A stretch of 64,000 nucleotides of DNA from NCBI GenBank assembly GCA_045563055.1, contig JBJKUR010000012.1, positions 89,167 through 153,166 of the forward strand, in the 5' to 3' direction. This DNA comes from Alphaproteobacteria bacterium. Lineage in GTDB: Bacteria; Pseudomonadota; Alphaproteobacteria; Methylaequorales; Methylaequoraceae. Below the pieces are notes generated by a model. The model did not search any database. It had not been told where the DNA came from and worked only from the letters and a program-made list of their open reading frames with translations. The position numbers and the translations under genes were made by a program. Positions 40,134 to 49,917 of this stretch are shown piece by piece (within the stretch, counting starts at the first letter, position 1; every line of letters starts with the position of its first letter).

Positions 40134-41228
40134 CTCAAATAGAACATATTTATTGGTCTCAGTTTTCAAGATCTTTTCTCTTAACTCTCTTTTCTCTCTT
40201 TTATTAATAAGTTGAAATAACGACCAAATACAAGTTCCTCTTATTAGGGAACTTTCATTATTCAAATGTATGTGAAGATATTTAATTAAATTTTTATTTT
40301 GACTATTTCCCGTAGCAATTATTAAATTTCGAAGGAATCTCGTCCATCCGATTCTTTTAATAGGAGATTTACAAAAATATTTTTGAAATTTGTCTTCATT
40401 AAATTTTAAAAAAAATGCAAGTGTTTTGCTTTCAATTGATGATTGTAATTTCTCTTCCGTTGTTTCTGATGAAAATTTATTCCATGGACATATGGATAAA
40501 CAATCATCACATCCGTAAACTTTATTCCCAATTTTTTTCCTAAGACTGAAAGGTATAGGACCTTTGTTTTCAATGGTTAAGTATGAAATACATTTTCTCG
40601 CATCAATTTTATTTTCATTTATCAAAGCGTTTGTTGGACAAATATCAATACATTTATTACAAGAACCGCAATTATCCTGTATTTGAGATTTTAAATCTTT
40701 AATTTCTATTGGTAAAAAAATTTCTGCTAAGAATAACCATGAACCATATTCTTTTGAAACTATATTTGTATGTTTACCTTGCCACCCTAAATTTGCAATC
40801 TTAGCAAAATATTTTTCAAATATTGGTGATGAATCAACGAATACCCTTGAATCTAAATTATATTCATCTAATAACCATGACTGTATTTTTTTAAGTTTGA
40901 TTTTTATAACTTCATGATAATCCTCATTTTGTGCATAAACACTTATATTGGCTTTGCTTAATGACAGATTATTAAAAAGCGGATTTTTTTTTGGTGCATA
41001 GTTCAGTCCTATTACAACAATTGATTTTACCTTATCCCACATTTTTTTTGGTTCTATTTTTTTCGCAAAGTGTCTCTCCAACCATTTCATTTCGCCATGA
41101 TAATTTTTATTTAAAAAATATAGATATTCTTTTTTCGCCTTTTTATCAACTGTGGGTGGAGAGTAACCAACAACATCAAATCCATGTTGAAAAATATTAT
41201 CCTCTAATTTTTTTTTTAAATCATTCAT
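40116..41228 (-). CDS. queG: Epoxyqueuosine reductase
   Basis: 370 aa with two 4Fe-4S motifs (CGSCNKCIDICP and GCDDCLSICP) and C-terminal HEAT-like repeats, typical of QueG. Confidence 0.85.
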   Translation of the reverse strand: MNDLKKKLEDNIFQHGFDVVGYSPPTVDKKAKKEYLYFLNKNYHGEMKWLERHFAKKIEPKKMWDKVKSIVVIGLNYAPKKNPLFNNLSLSKANISVYAQNEDYHEVIKIKLKKIQSWLLDEYNLDSRVFVDSSPIFEKYFAKIANLGWQGKHTNIVSKEYGSWLFLAEIFLPIEIKDLKSQIQDNCGSCNKCIDICPTNALINENKIDARKCISYLTIENKGPIPFSLRKKIGNKVYGCDDCLSICPWNKFSSETTEEKLQSSIESKTLAFFLKFNEDKFQKYFCKSPIKRIGWTRFLRNLIIATGNSQNKNLIKYLHIHLNNESSLIRGTCIWSLFQLINKREKRELREKILKTETNKYVLFELGMLR

Positions 41229-41261
41229 TTTTATTTTTATCTAAAATATTATAATTCCGAA

Positions 41262-41945
41262 ATGAATAAAAAATCAAATAAAGCTTTAGTTCTTCTAAGT
41301 GGTGGATTAGATTCATCTGTCACTCTTTCAATTTGTAAAAAGGAAGGATACCTAATTCACGCTATTTCCTTTGATTATGGTCAAAAACATAAAATTGAAC
41401 TTGAGTATGCAAAATGGCAGGCAAAATTTTTTAATTGTTCATCTTACAAAGTATTTAAAATTGATTTTTATGGGGGTTCAGCATTGACTGATGATTTTAA
41501 AATCCCTGAGAATAGAAAAGTCAACTTAATTCCAGATTCTATTCCCATAACTTATGTTCCTAGTCGTAATATAGTTTTTTTAGCATTTGCATCCGGATAT
41601 GCTGAAGCAAATGATATAGATAATATATTTATTGGAGTTAATGCAGTAGATTATTCTGGATACCCAGATTGCAGACCAGAGTTTATCAAGGGGTTTGAAA
41701 AATTAATAAATATTTCGACAAAGATTGGCATTGAGGGAAAAAAAATAAAGATTAAGACTCCATTAATTAATCTTTCAAAAGGAGAAATAATTTCTTTAGG
41801 AAATAGAAATGGAGTAGAATTTTCTAAAACATTGAGTTGTTATAATCCAAAATTTAAAAAGAGTTGTGGCTTATGTGATTCCTGTCTGTTAAGAAAGAAA
41901 GGTTTTGAGGAAGCTTCATTGATAGACCCAAATGAGGATAATTGA
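41262..41945 (+). CDS. queC: 7-cyano-7-deazaguanine synthase
   Basis: 227 aa with the LLSGGLDS PP-loop and a C-terminal Zn cluster C..C.C..C. Confidence 0.95.
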   Translation: MNKKSNKALVLLSGGLDSSVTLSICKKEGYLIHAISFDYGQKHKIELEYAKWQAKFFNCSSYKVFKIDFYGGSALTDDFKIPENRKVNLIPDSIPITYVPSRNIVFLAFASGYAEANDIDNIFIGVNAVDYSGYPDCRPEFIKGFEKLINISTKIGIEGKKIKIKTPLINLSKGEIISLGNRNGVEFSKTLSCYNPKFKKSCGLCDSCLLRKKGFEEASLIDPNEDN

Positions 41946-42578
41946 ATGTATAAAGTAAAAGAAATTTTTAGATCAATTCAAGGCGAAGGCTTTAACACAG
42001 GAAGAGAATCAGTTTTTGTTAGATTTACCGGGTGTAATTTATGGAATGGAATAAAATATAAAAGAGAAAAGGCTATTTGTAATTTTTGTGATACAGATTT
42101 TCTTGGAACTAATGGTAAAAATGGTGGCACATATACCGCTGAGCAACTTGTTAATGAGATTGAGAGAGTTTGGAAACTATCATTCTCTTTAAAACAAAAA
42201 AATGTAATTTTGACAGGAGGTGAACCTTTGCTTCAAGTAGATAAAAAGTTAGTTGCAATTCTTAAAGAAAAAAAATTTCATATCTCAGTCGAAACAAATG
42301 GAACAATTAAATCTCATTTGAGTTTTGATTGGGTATGCGTCAGCCCAAAAGATCCAAAGAATTGGGCGCTTAAAAATGGAGATGAGTTAAAAATTATTTA
42401 TCCTCAAAACAAATTTATACTTAAAGACTTATTAACACTTAATTTCAGATATTTTTTTCTTCAACCAAAAGAGGATAAATTTGTTAAAGTAAATTTGAAT
42501 AAAACATTACAATATTGTGCATTAAATAAAAATTGGTCACTTAGCCTTCAACTTCATAAGATTATTGGTGTTCAGTAA
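41946..42578 (+). CDS. queE: 7-carboxy-7-deazaguanine synthase (radical SAM)
   Basis: 210 aa. FRSIQGEG..G...VFVRF.GCNL... matches the QueE N-terminus and cluster site. Confidence 0.9.
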   Translation: MYKVKEIFRSIQGEGFNTGRESVFVRFTGCNLWNGIKYKREKAICNFCDTDFLGTNGKNGGTYTAEQLVNEIERVWKLSFSLKQKNVILTGGEPLLQVDKKLVAILKEKKFHISVETNGTIKSHLSFDWVCVSPKDPKNWALKNGDELKIIYPQNKFILKDLLTLNFRYFFLQPKEDKFVKVNLNKTLQYCALNKNWSLSLQLHKIIGVQ

Positions 42579-42935
42579 ATGTTGATTTTTAAGAAATATT
42601 TTTTTGATGCTGCTCATTATATGCCAGATTTCAATGATGATCATGATTACAAAAAGATGCACGGTCATAGTTATGAGGTTACAGTAAAGTTAATCGGAAC
42701 TTTAGATAAAAAAGAAAGTTGGATCATGGATTTTGAATCGTTAGATATACATGTAAAACCTATAATCTCAATTTTAGATCATTCTGTACTCAATGAAATC
42801 AACGGTTTAGAGAAACCTACTAGTGAGAACATCGCAAGATGGTTATGGACTAGATTAAAAAACAAGATTTCTAATCTTGATAGCATAGAGATTAATAGGC
42901 CAAGAATAGGTGGATGTATATTTAATGGAGAATAA
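42579..42935 (+). CDS. queD: 6-carboxy-5,6,7,8-tetrahydropterin synthase
   Basis: 118 aa. F.F.AAH......H....HGHSY is the PTPS/QueD signature. Confidence 0.9.
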   Translation: MLIFKKYFFDAAHYMPDFNDDHDYKKMHGHSYEVTVKLIGTLDKKESWIMDFESLDIHVKPIISILDHSVLNEINGLEKPTSENIARWLWTRLKNKISNLDSIEINRPRIGGCIFNGE

Positions 42936-43391
42936 CTATCTAGCTTTGTAAATTTTCAAATCTAAATCATGAACATAAACTTCAGAGGGTTTTTTTCCTT
43001 TTTGAAAAAAAACATCAATTGGAATTCCACCTCTGGGATTCCAAAAACTCACGACTCTTATCCATTTTGGTTCAATGCAATTTATTATTTTTTTTGCAAT
43101 TCTTAGAGTACAATCCTCATGAAAACCTCCATAATTTCGAAATGTAAAAAGGAAAAGTTTAAATGATTTACTTTCTACAATCATCTTTCTAGGAATGTAA
43201 TCAACTATTATATTTCCAAAATCTGGTTGAGAAGTTATTGGACATATACTTGTAAACTCTGGCGCTGTTAATCTGATTGAATAATTGAAGTCAGTATGAG
43301 GGTTTTTTACATGATCTAAATTAAACTCGTCTGGTGAACTGCTTATTTTTGATTTTTTACCTAAATATTTAGTTTTTTTTATATTCTTCAT
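42936..43391 (-). CDS. queF: NADPH-dependent 7-cyano-7-deazaguanine (preQ0) reductase, unimodular type
   Basis: 151 aa. EFTS.CP.T.QPDF and ES KS.K.(F/Y)L..(F/Y)R are the QueF motifs. Confidence 0.9.
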   Translation of the reverse strand: MKNIKKTKYLGKKSKISSSPDEFNLDHVKNPHTDFNYSIRLTAPEFTSICPITSQPDFGNIIVDYIPRKMIVESKSFKLFLFTFRNYGGFHEDCTLRIAKKIINCIEPKWIRVVSFWNPRGGIPIDVFFQKGKKPSEVYVHDLDLKIYKAR

Positions 43392-44490
43392 GATATTTTA
43401 AGTAACTTTTTTTAATTGATTTGAAATTTTTAGCTTTTATAGATTTTCGTACATCAGACATCATTTTTTTATAAAATGCAAGATTATGTAAACTTAAAAT
43501 CATAGATGATAAAATTTCATTGTTCTTTGTTAAGTGATGTAAATAGGACCTAGAAAAATTCTTTGAAGCAAAACAATCAACTTCCTCATCAATTGGTTTG
43601 TTATCTGTGGCAAAAACTGAATTTCTAAGATTTAATTCTCCAAATGAAGTAAAAGCTCTTCCATTTCTGCCAAACCTTGTAGGTAGAACACAATCAAACA
43701 TATCAACTCCTCTCTCCACAGCATTTATTATATCAATCGGTCTTCCTACTCCCATTAAATATCTAGGTTTATTAAAAGGAATAAGCTCCAATGAGTGGTC
43801 AACAATTTTTATCATCTCATCATGGGCTTCTCCTACAGATAATCCACCGATGGCATATCCATCAAATTGCATTTTTATAAGTTCCTCTGAACAATAATTT
43901 CTTAAATCTTTGAACATTCCTCCTTGAATAATTGCAAATAAACCGAATCCTTCTCTTTTTTTAAACTTTTTTTTACATCGCTCTGCCCATCTAAGAGATA
44001 ATTCCATAGATTGTTTTGCTCTTTCAAAAGTTGCCGGATATTCTGTGCATTCATCTAAAACCATAGATATGTCAGAGTTTAGTTTCTCTTGAATTTGAAT
44101 TGCAAGCTCCGGTGTCAATTTTATTTTTTCTCCGTCAATATGAGAGACAAAGTTAATTCCTTCTTCAGTTATTTTTCTAAGCTTAGATAGTGACCAAACT
44201 TGATATCCACCAGAGTCTGTTAAAATTGGCTTATTCCATGAGATAAACTTTTGTAGACCGCCCATTTTTTTTACTAAATTTTCACCTGGTCTCAACATAA
44301 GGTGATAAGTGTTGGCTAGAATTACTTCATAATTTAGTTTTTTTAAATCTCTAGGAAACACAGCCTTTACTGATCCCTGTGTTCCAACTGGCATAAACAC
44401 AGGGGTTTGAATGGAGCCGTGCTTAGTTTCAAGTTTTCCTGCTCTAGCTTTTCCATCTGTATTTTCAACAGTGAAATTAAACTTACTCAT
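43369..44490 (-). CDS. tgt: Queuine tRNA-ribosyltransferase
   Basis: 373 aa. TPVFMPVGT, LTDSGG(Y/F)Q and the Zn-site context match Tgt. Confidence 0.95.
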   Translation of the reverse strand: MSKFNFTVENTDGKARAGKLETKHGSIQTPVFMPVGTQGSVKAVFPRDLKKLNYEVILANTYHLMLRPGENLVKKMGGLQKFISWNKPILTDSGGYQVWSLSKLRKITEEGINFVSHIDGEKIKLTPELAIQIQEKLNSDISMVLDECTEYPATFERAKQSMELSLRWAERCKKKFKKREGFGLFAIIQGGMFKDLRNYCSEELIKMQFDGYAIGGLSVGEAHDEMIKIVDHSLELIPFNKPRYLMGVGRPIDIINAVERGVDMFDCVLPTRFGRNGRAFTSFGELNLRNSVFATDNKPIDEEVDCFASKNFSRSYLHHLTKNNEILSSMILSLHNLAFYKKMMSDVRKSIKAKNFKSIKKSYLKYHEEYKKN

Positions 44491-45526
44491 TATTTTTCCA
44501 AATCAAGCATGCATCACCATAAGAGAAAAAACGAAGTTTTTTTTTTATTGCGAAGTTATATAGTTCATCAGTTTTTTTTTTTCCAATTAAAGAATGAATT
44601 AAAAGTAACAACGTAGATCTAGGAGTATGAAAATTTGTTATAAGTCCATCAATTGTATCCACCTTGTAGCCAGGTTTTATGAAAATATTAGTTGAACCAT
44701 TAAATGGTAAAATAAAACCATATTGATCTTTAGATGACTCAAGTAGTCTTAAAACTGTAGTTCCGACAGCTATGACTCTGCCACCGCTTTTTTTAACTTT
44801 ATTTATTTCAGAGGCAGTCCTCTTAGTTATTGTACCATCTTCAAAATACATAGAATGTTTATTTATGTTATCAACTCTTATAGGTAAAAAAGTTGCACCA
44901 TTTACATGAAGGGTGATTGTTAATATTTTAATTTTTTTCTTTTTTAATTTGTTAATTAAACTTTTAGTAAAATGTAAACTTGCGGTAGGTGAAGCAACAG
45001 CTCCCTCATGCTTAGCAAAAAAAGTTTGATAATCTTTATTATCCCTACGATTATGACCTCTAATTTTAATATATGGGGGGATTGGTATTTTCCCATATTT
45101 TTTCAAAAAAAACTTTAATTTAGTTACAGAGGTATTAAATTCTAGAAAAAATTCTTTTTTATTATCATTTTTTTTAATTAATAAGTCTGCATGTAAAATA
45201 TTAAAAAAATCAATTTTTTCACCTCCAATAAGTTTCTTGTTTGTCTTTATAAAGACACTCCAAATATTTTTTTTTTTATTTTCCAGTTTATTTAAATTTA
45301 TTGAAATTTTCTTACCTTCACAAAGACCTTCAAAATCTGCATTTATTACTTTCGTATCATTAAAGACAAGAGCGTCATTCTCATTCAATTCACTAACAAT
45401 ATCTTTGAACATTATAATTTTCTTTTTAGAACTATTTATAAGTAGACTTGATTTATCCCTAGGTTTTTTTGGATTCAGGGCTACAAGCGTACCAGGAAGA
45501 TTATAATGAAGGTCGTCTAATTTCAT
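44483..45526 (-). CDS. queA: S-adenosylmethionine:tRNA ribosyltransferase-isomerase
   Basis: 347 aa. PPYI.R, AVA.PTA.LHFT and NFH.P.S.LL.L are QueA motifs. Confidence 0.95.
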   Translation of the reverse strand: MKLDDLHYNLPGTLVALNPKKPRDKSSLLINSSKKKIIMFKDIVSELNENDALVFNDTKVINADFEGLCEGKKISINLNKLENKKKNIWSVFIKTNKKLIGGEKIDFFNILHADLLIKKNDNKKEFFLEFNTSVTKLKFFLKKYGKIPIPPYIKIRGHNRRDNKDYQTFFAKHEGAVASPTASLHFTKSLINKLKKKKIKILTITLHVNGATFLPIRVDNINKHSMYFEDGTITKRTASEINKVKKSGGRVIAVGTTVLRLLESSKDQYGFILPFNGSTNIFIKPGYKVDTIDGLITNFHTPRSTLLLLIHSLIGKKKTDELYNFAIKKKLRFFSYGDACLIWKNNE

Positions 45527-45527
45527 T

Positions 45528-46661
45528 TCAATATAGACTGTTTATGATTTGAATTAAAAAATTTTCACATTTTTTTAATTGAGATAATTCAATAAATTCA
45601 TTAGGTTTATGAGCTTGTTTTATACTCCCTGGTCCACAAACAATTGTTTGAAAATTTAATTTGTTGAAAAGACCAGCTTCGGTTCCGAAGCTAACCGTAT
45701 CTACAGTGTTACTTTTTAATATACCAAGACATTTTGAAACAATCTCTGATTCTGGTTCAGTGAATAGGGGAGGAAAGTCATTTTTCTCAAAAAATTCAAT
45801 TTTACACTTTTTACTTTTAAGTTTCATTTTTTTTTCTAAGTTAATTAAATAAAACTGAATTTCATTTACTAGCTTTGAAGTTTTAAAATTTGGGATATCT
45901 CTTATTTCAAAATCAATAGTACAAATCTTAGGTATTATATTTACTGCTATACCACCATTTATTCTTCCAACATTTATTGTGGAAAAGCTTGGGTAGAAGT
46001 CTGAATTTTTTTTCCTTTTAAGAATTTTCTCCTTTTTATCAAGAAAATTTAAAAAATTAGCACAATAACTAATTGAATTTACTCCTTCATCAATTAAAGA
46101 AGAATGAGCCTCAACTCCATGAAAAACTACTTGAAAATTTTTTTTCCCTTTATGCTGAGTGATTAGTTTCATTTCAGTTGGTTCGCCAACAATACAGAAT
46201 TTTGGCTTAGGTCTTAATTTTTTTAAAAAAGGTAAAAGCTTTTGTATGCCAATACACCCGACTTCTTCATCATATGAGAAAATTAGATGTATAGGTTTTT
46301 TTAGTTTATCTTTTTTAATTTTCTTCACTAAAGAAAGAACAACAGAAATAAAACCTTTCATATCAGCGCTACCTCTCCCATAAAATCTTTGGCCTTTCTG
46401 ATGAAGTTTAAATGGATCCGTGAGCCAACTTTGACCAGTAACAGGTACTACATCAGTATGACCAGATAGAACTATTCCTCCATCTATATTAGGTCCAATA
46501 CGACTATAGATATTAAATCTTCCTTTATGACCTTGGATCTTCTTAGATTTAACATCAAATTTATCTAAAAATTTGATTATGAATTCAGCTAAGTCTAAAT
46601 TGCTTGTTTCACTTATTGTTTTATAAGAAATGAGTTTTTCGAGAATTTGTATTTGTTTCAT
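45528..46661 (-). CDS. argE: Acetylornithine deacetylase (M20 family)
   Basis: 377 aa. LSGHTDVVP, GRGS.DMKG and DEE.G are M20/ArgE metal-site motifs. Confidence 0.75.
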   Translation of the reverse strand: MKQIQILEKLISYKTISETSNLDLAEFIIKFLDKFDVKSKKIQGHKGRFNIYSRIGPNIDGGIVLSGHTDVVPVTGQSWLTDPFKLHQKGQRFYGRGSADMKGFISVVLSLVKKIKKDKLKKPIHLIFSYDEEVGCIGIQKLLPFLKKLRPKPKFCIVGEPTEMKLITQHKGKKNFQVVFHGVEAHSSLIDEGVNSISYCANFLNFLDKKEKILKRKKNSDFYPSFSTINVGRINGGIAVNIIPKICTIDFEIRDIPNFKTSKLVNEIQFYLINLEKKMKLKSKKCKIEFFEKNDFPPLFTEPESEIVSKCLGILKSNTVDTVSFGTEAGLFNKLNFQTIVCGPGSIKQAHKPNEFIELSQLKKCENFLIQIINSLY

Positions 46662-46663
46662 TT

Positions 46664-47428
46664 TTATGAGCTATTGAATTGTTCGTTAATGATTCTTTCT
46701 TCAAGGTTATGGCCAGGATCAAATAAAAGATTAACATGTAGGTTCTTCTCAAGTTGAATTTCTAATTTACTAATATTCGGAAATTGCATAAAATCTGCTT
46801 CAGCTCGAACCGGGCGCATTTCAGAATCAATTGAGTAAAGTGTTATTTTTGCATTATTATTTAAAAGTGCTCCACGCCACCTTCTCGGCCTATATGGGCT
46901 TATAGGGGTTAGTGCTAAAACTTTAGCACCAACAGGTATTACAGGTCCTCTTAGTGATAAGTTATATGCCGAGCTACCAGCTGGGGTTGCAATAAGGCAT
47001 CCATCTCCTAAAAATTCATCGATTCGAGTTTTATCATTAATCTTAATTTTAATTTTAGCAATTTTAGAGCTATTTCTTATCATTGAAACATCGTTAAATG
47101 CCAGACTTTCAGTAACTTTTCCTTTTTTATCAAAACATTTGATTTTTAGAGGAGATAATTTGTATGGCACGGCTTCAGATAATCTAGTTTCAAGGTCCTT
47201 GTCTGTGTATTGATTCATCAAAAAACCTATATGCCCCTTATTCATTCCATAAATTGGTTTATTCAAGTGTAAAAAGTTATGAAGAGATTTTAGCATTGTG
47301 CCATCACCACCAAGCGTTACAATTACATCTGCAAGTTTAGGTGATACAGACTTGTATAACTTCTTCATAATTTTTAATGATTTTTGAGCATCTGGCTTTT
47401 CGGAAGACACAAAACATATCTTTGTCAT
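46664..47428 (-). CDS. nadK: NAD+ kinase
   Basis: 254 aa with the GGDGT motif, and ATP.GS.AY.LS.GGP is typical of NadK. Confidence 0.9.
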   Translation of the reverse strand: MTKICFVSSEKPDAQKSLKIMKKLYKSVSPKLADVIVTLGGDGTMLKSLHNFLHLNKPIYGMNKGHIGFLMNQYTDKDLETRLSEAVPYKLSPLKIKCFDKKGKVTESLAFNDVSMIRNSSKIAKIKIKINDKTRIDEFLGDGCLIATPAGSSAYNLSLRGPVIPVGAKVLALTPISPYRPRRWRGALLNNNAKITLYSIDSEMRPVRAEADFMQFPNISKLEIQLEKNLHVNLLFDPGHNLEERIINEQFNSS

Positions 47429-47429
47429 A

Positions 47430-48413
47430 TCATCCTCCAGTAGTGTTCATAAAACGCTTTTTAATATAACTTTTTTCATCAATATTAAAATTATGTTTTT
47501 CAGGTTTATTGAATATGACATTTTTTAAAACCTCTAGAAGTTTATACTCCTTATTCGTTTCCAAGATTGGGTTTAAATTTACAGAATTATTATCACCTAG
47601 ACATGGATAGATTATTCCATTTGAGGTGATTCTTATTCTATTGCACGTAAGACAAAAATGATCTGAAATTGGGGAGATAAAACCAACATAAGAGTTTAAC
47701 TTTTTACAAAAAAAATAACTTGAAGGTCCAGAGGATTTCAAACTTGAATCAACTAACTCAAATTTTTTACTTATGATTTCTTTTGCTGTTTTGACAGACA
47801 AATATTGCAAACTTCTGGATGATGAAACTTCCCCAATAGGCATTACCTCTATGAAAGATAATTTGAATTTATTCTTGGCGCACCATTCCATAATTGGAAT
47901 TATTTCGTCATCATTAAACTTATTTAGAAGAACGGTGTTTATCTTTATCGAAATATTCTTTTCTCTGGCTAAGAAAATTCCTTCCAAAATTTGATCTAAT
48001 TTACCACCATTAGTTATAAATTTGAATTTTTCACTAATGAGCGAATCCAAAGAAACATTTATTCTCTTGACGCCTAGGTGCGAAAGAGTGGAAGCGTATT
48101 TTGCTAGTTGTGTGCCATTAGTAGTTAGAAGTAACTCATCAATTTTGTTTTGTTTTAATTTCTTTGATAAAAATGACATATAATCAATGATGTCTTTGCG
48201 AACTAATGGTTCACCGCCAGTAATTCTAATTTTTTTAATTCCTAATTTAACAAGAGCATTAGAAATCTTTTCAAGTTTTTTCGTGGATAATATTTCTTTT
48301 TTATCATAAAAGTAGGGATTGGATTCTGGCATGCAATACTTACATCTTAGGTCACATCTGTCAGTTACAGATATCCTTACATAATTAACTTTTCTTCCAA
48401 AATTATCTAACAT
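47430..48413 (-). CDS. moaA: GTP 3',8-cyclase (molybdenum cofactor biosynthesis protein A)
   Basis: 327 aa with the radical SAM CDLRCKYC, a C-terminal C..C......C cluster and a terminal GG. Confidence 0.95.
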   Translation of the reverse strand: MLDNFGRKVNYVRISVTDRCDLRCKYCMPESNPYFYDKKEILSTKKLEKISNALVKLGIKKIRITGGEPLVRKDIIDYMSFLSKKLKQNKIDELLLTTNGTQLAKYASTLSHLGVKRINVSLDSLISEKFKFITNGGKLDQILEGIFLAREKNISIKINTVLLNKFNDDEIIPIMEWCAKNKFKLSFIEVMPIGEVSSSRSLQYLSVKTAKEIISKKFELVDSSLKSSGPSSYFFCKKLNSYVGFISPISDHFCLTCNRIRITSNGIIYPCLGDNNSVNLNPILETNKEYKLLEVLKNVIFNKPEKHNFNIDEKSYIKKRFMNTTGG

Positions 48414-48494
48414 AAAAATTATTTGAACTTTGTTTATATTTTAGAGACTTAGGTTAAAATAATATAGTAATCAATTTATAATAATTTTAAAGCA

Positions 48495-49289
48495 ATGAAA
48501 ATTAAACCTAATTTAAATAATAACTCTTTGACAAGAGAGATTTTTGGACTTGACGAGAATCTTAAAAAACAGAAAATTGACGTAATCGAAGAAAAACCTC
48601 TAACACTTTACCTAAATAGCCAAGAAATTGTCACAATGATGACAATCAACGATTATCCAGAGTATCTTGCTTTAGGGTATTTATTGAACCAAAACATGAT
48701 TACAAACAGAACAAGAATAGAATCAATTGAATACGATAAAGATTTAAGCGTGGTTGTTGTTAGAACTTTCAATCAGACAAATTTTGAGTCTAAATTAAAA
48801 AAGAAAACTATTACTTCTGGTTGTGCTCAGGGCACTGCATTTGGGGATGTAATGGAAAGTTTTAAAAAAATAAAATTGAGTAATACTGTAAAGATAAAGA
48901 TTTCTTGGATTTATGAGTTATCAAAAAAAATTAACCTTACGCCTAGTCTTTATTTAAAGGCTGGTGCAATTCATGGATGCGTATTATGTCAGAGGAATTC
49001 ACCCTTAATTTATATGGAAGATGTAGGAAGACATAATGCTATTGATAAAATTGCTGGTTATTTGAAATCAAACAAAATTTCGCCACATAATAAATTTTTT
49101 TACACAACAGGTAGGCTGACAAGTGAAATGGTGATCAAGTCAGTGCAAATGAGAATTCCTGTTGTTATTTCAAGGTCAGGTTTTACAGCATGGGGTGTGG
49201 AATTAGCAAGAAAAGCAAATCTTACCCTGATTGGTAGAGCCAAGGGTAAAAGATTTTTTATTTTAAGTGGAGAACAGAGAATTGAGTAA
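48495..49289 (+). CDS. fdhD: Formate dehydrogenase accessory sulfurtransferase
   Basis: 264 aa. The SGC.QG catalytic loop (TSGCAQG) and ED.GRHNA.DK are FdhD motifs. Confidence 0.9.
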   Translation: MKIKPNLNNNSLTREIFGLDENLKKQKIDVIEEKPLTLYLNSQEIVTMMTINDYPEYLALGYLLNQNMITNRTRIESIEYDKDLSVVVVRTFNQTNFESKLKKKTITSGCAQGTAFGDVMESFKKIKLSNTVKIKISWIYELSKKINLTPSLYLKAGAIHGCVLCQRNSPLIYMEDVGRHNAIDKIAGYLKSNKISPHNKFFYTTGRLTSEMVIKSVQMRIPVVISRSGFTAWGVELARKANLTLIGRAKGKRFFILSGEQRIE

Positions 49290-49917
49290 TAAAAACGAAG
49301 TTACCGGAATAATTTTATCAGGAGGACTATCAAGAAGAATGGGTGAACATAAAGCATTTATGAAAATAAATGGAAGAACTTTGATTGAGTTAGTTAAAGA
49401 TAAGTCAATAAATCAAGTCAGCGAATTGATTTTGAACTGCAATGAACAAAGTGAAAAATACAAAAACATATTCCAAACCAAGGTTTTGAAAGATTGTATT
49501 CCAGGGAATTTAGGACCTTTGGTTGGAATATTAACAGGTTTAAAATGGGTTTTGAAAAATTCTCAAAGTAAATGGCTTGCAACTTTTCCAGTTGACTCTC
49601 CTTTTTTTCCAGATAATTTAATCTCAAAATTTATTGCAGAGAGTCATGATAAAGAGGTTCTAATTGCAAAGAGTGAGGACAGAGTCCATCCTGTATTTGC
49701 AATGTGGAAAGTTTGTACAAAACTAGAATCTGAGTTGGAAAAATCTTTAAAAAACGAAGAAAGAAAGATTATGGACTTTGCGAAAAAATTTAAAACTAGA
49801 CTGGTAAAATTTCCTTATATTGGATATGATCTCTTTTTTAACGTGAACACTCCAGAAGATTTAAAGAAAGCTGAACGGATTTTTCAAATAAAAAATAAGA
49901 AAACAAGAAATAGATGA
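49267..49917 (+). CDS. mobA: Molybdenum cofactor guanylyltransferase
   Basis: 216 aa. GIILSGG.SRRMG and P.D.PF.P match MobA. It overlaps the fdhD end, and its stop overlaps the next ATG. Confidence 0.85.
   Translation: MENRELSNKNEVTGIILSGGLSRRMGEHKAFMKINGRTLIELVKDKSINQVSELILNCNEQSEKYKNIFQTKVLKDCIPGNLGPLVGILTGLKWVLKNSQSKWLATFPVDSPFFPDNLISKFIAESHDKEVLIAKSEDRVHPVFAMWKVCTKLESELEKSLKNEERKIMDFAKKFKTRLVKFPYIGYDLFFNVNTPEDLKKAERIFQIKNKKTRNR

Noticed and set aside
41229-41261. A preQ1 riboswitch upstream of queC
   Set aside because: The spacer is only 33 nt, almost pure A/T, and lacks the conserved preQ1-I/II core elements. There is no room for an aptamer plus an expression platform.
48414-48494. A Moco (moaA-motif) riboswitch in the moaA/fdhD divergent spacer
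   Set aside because: The gap is 81 nt and very AT-rich, with no GC-paired helices. The Moco RNA motif is considerably longer and more structured.
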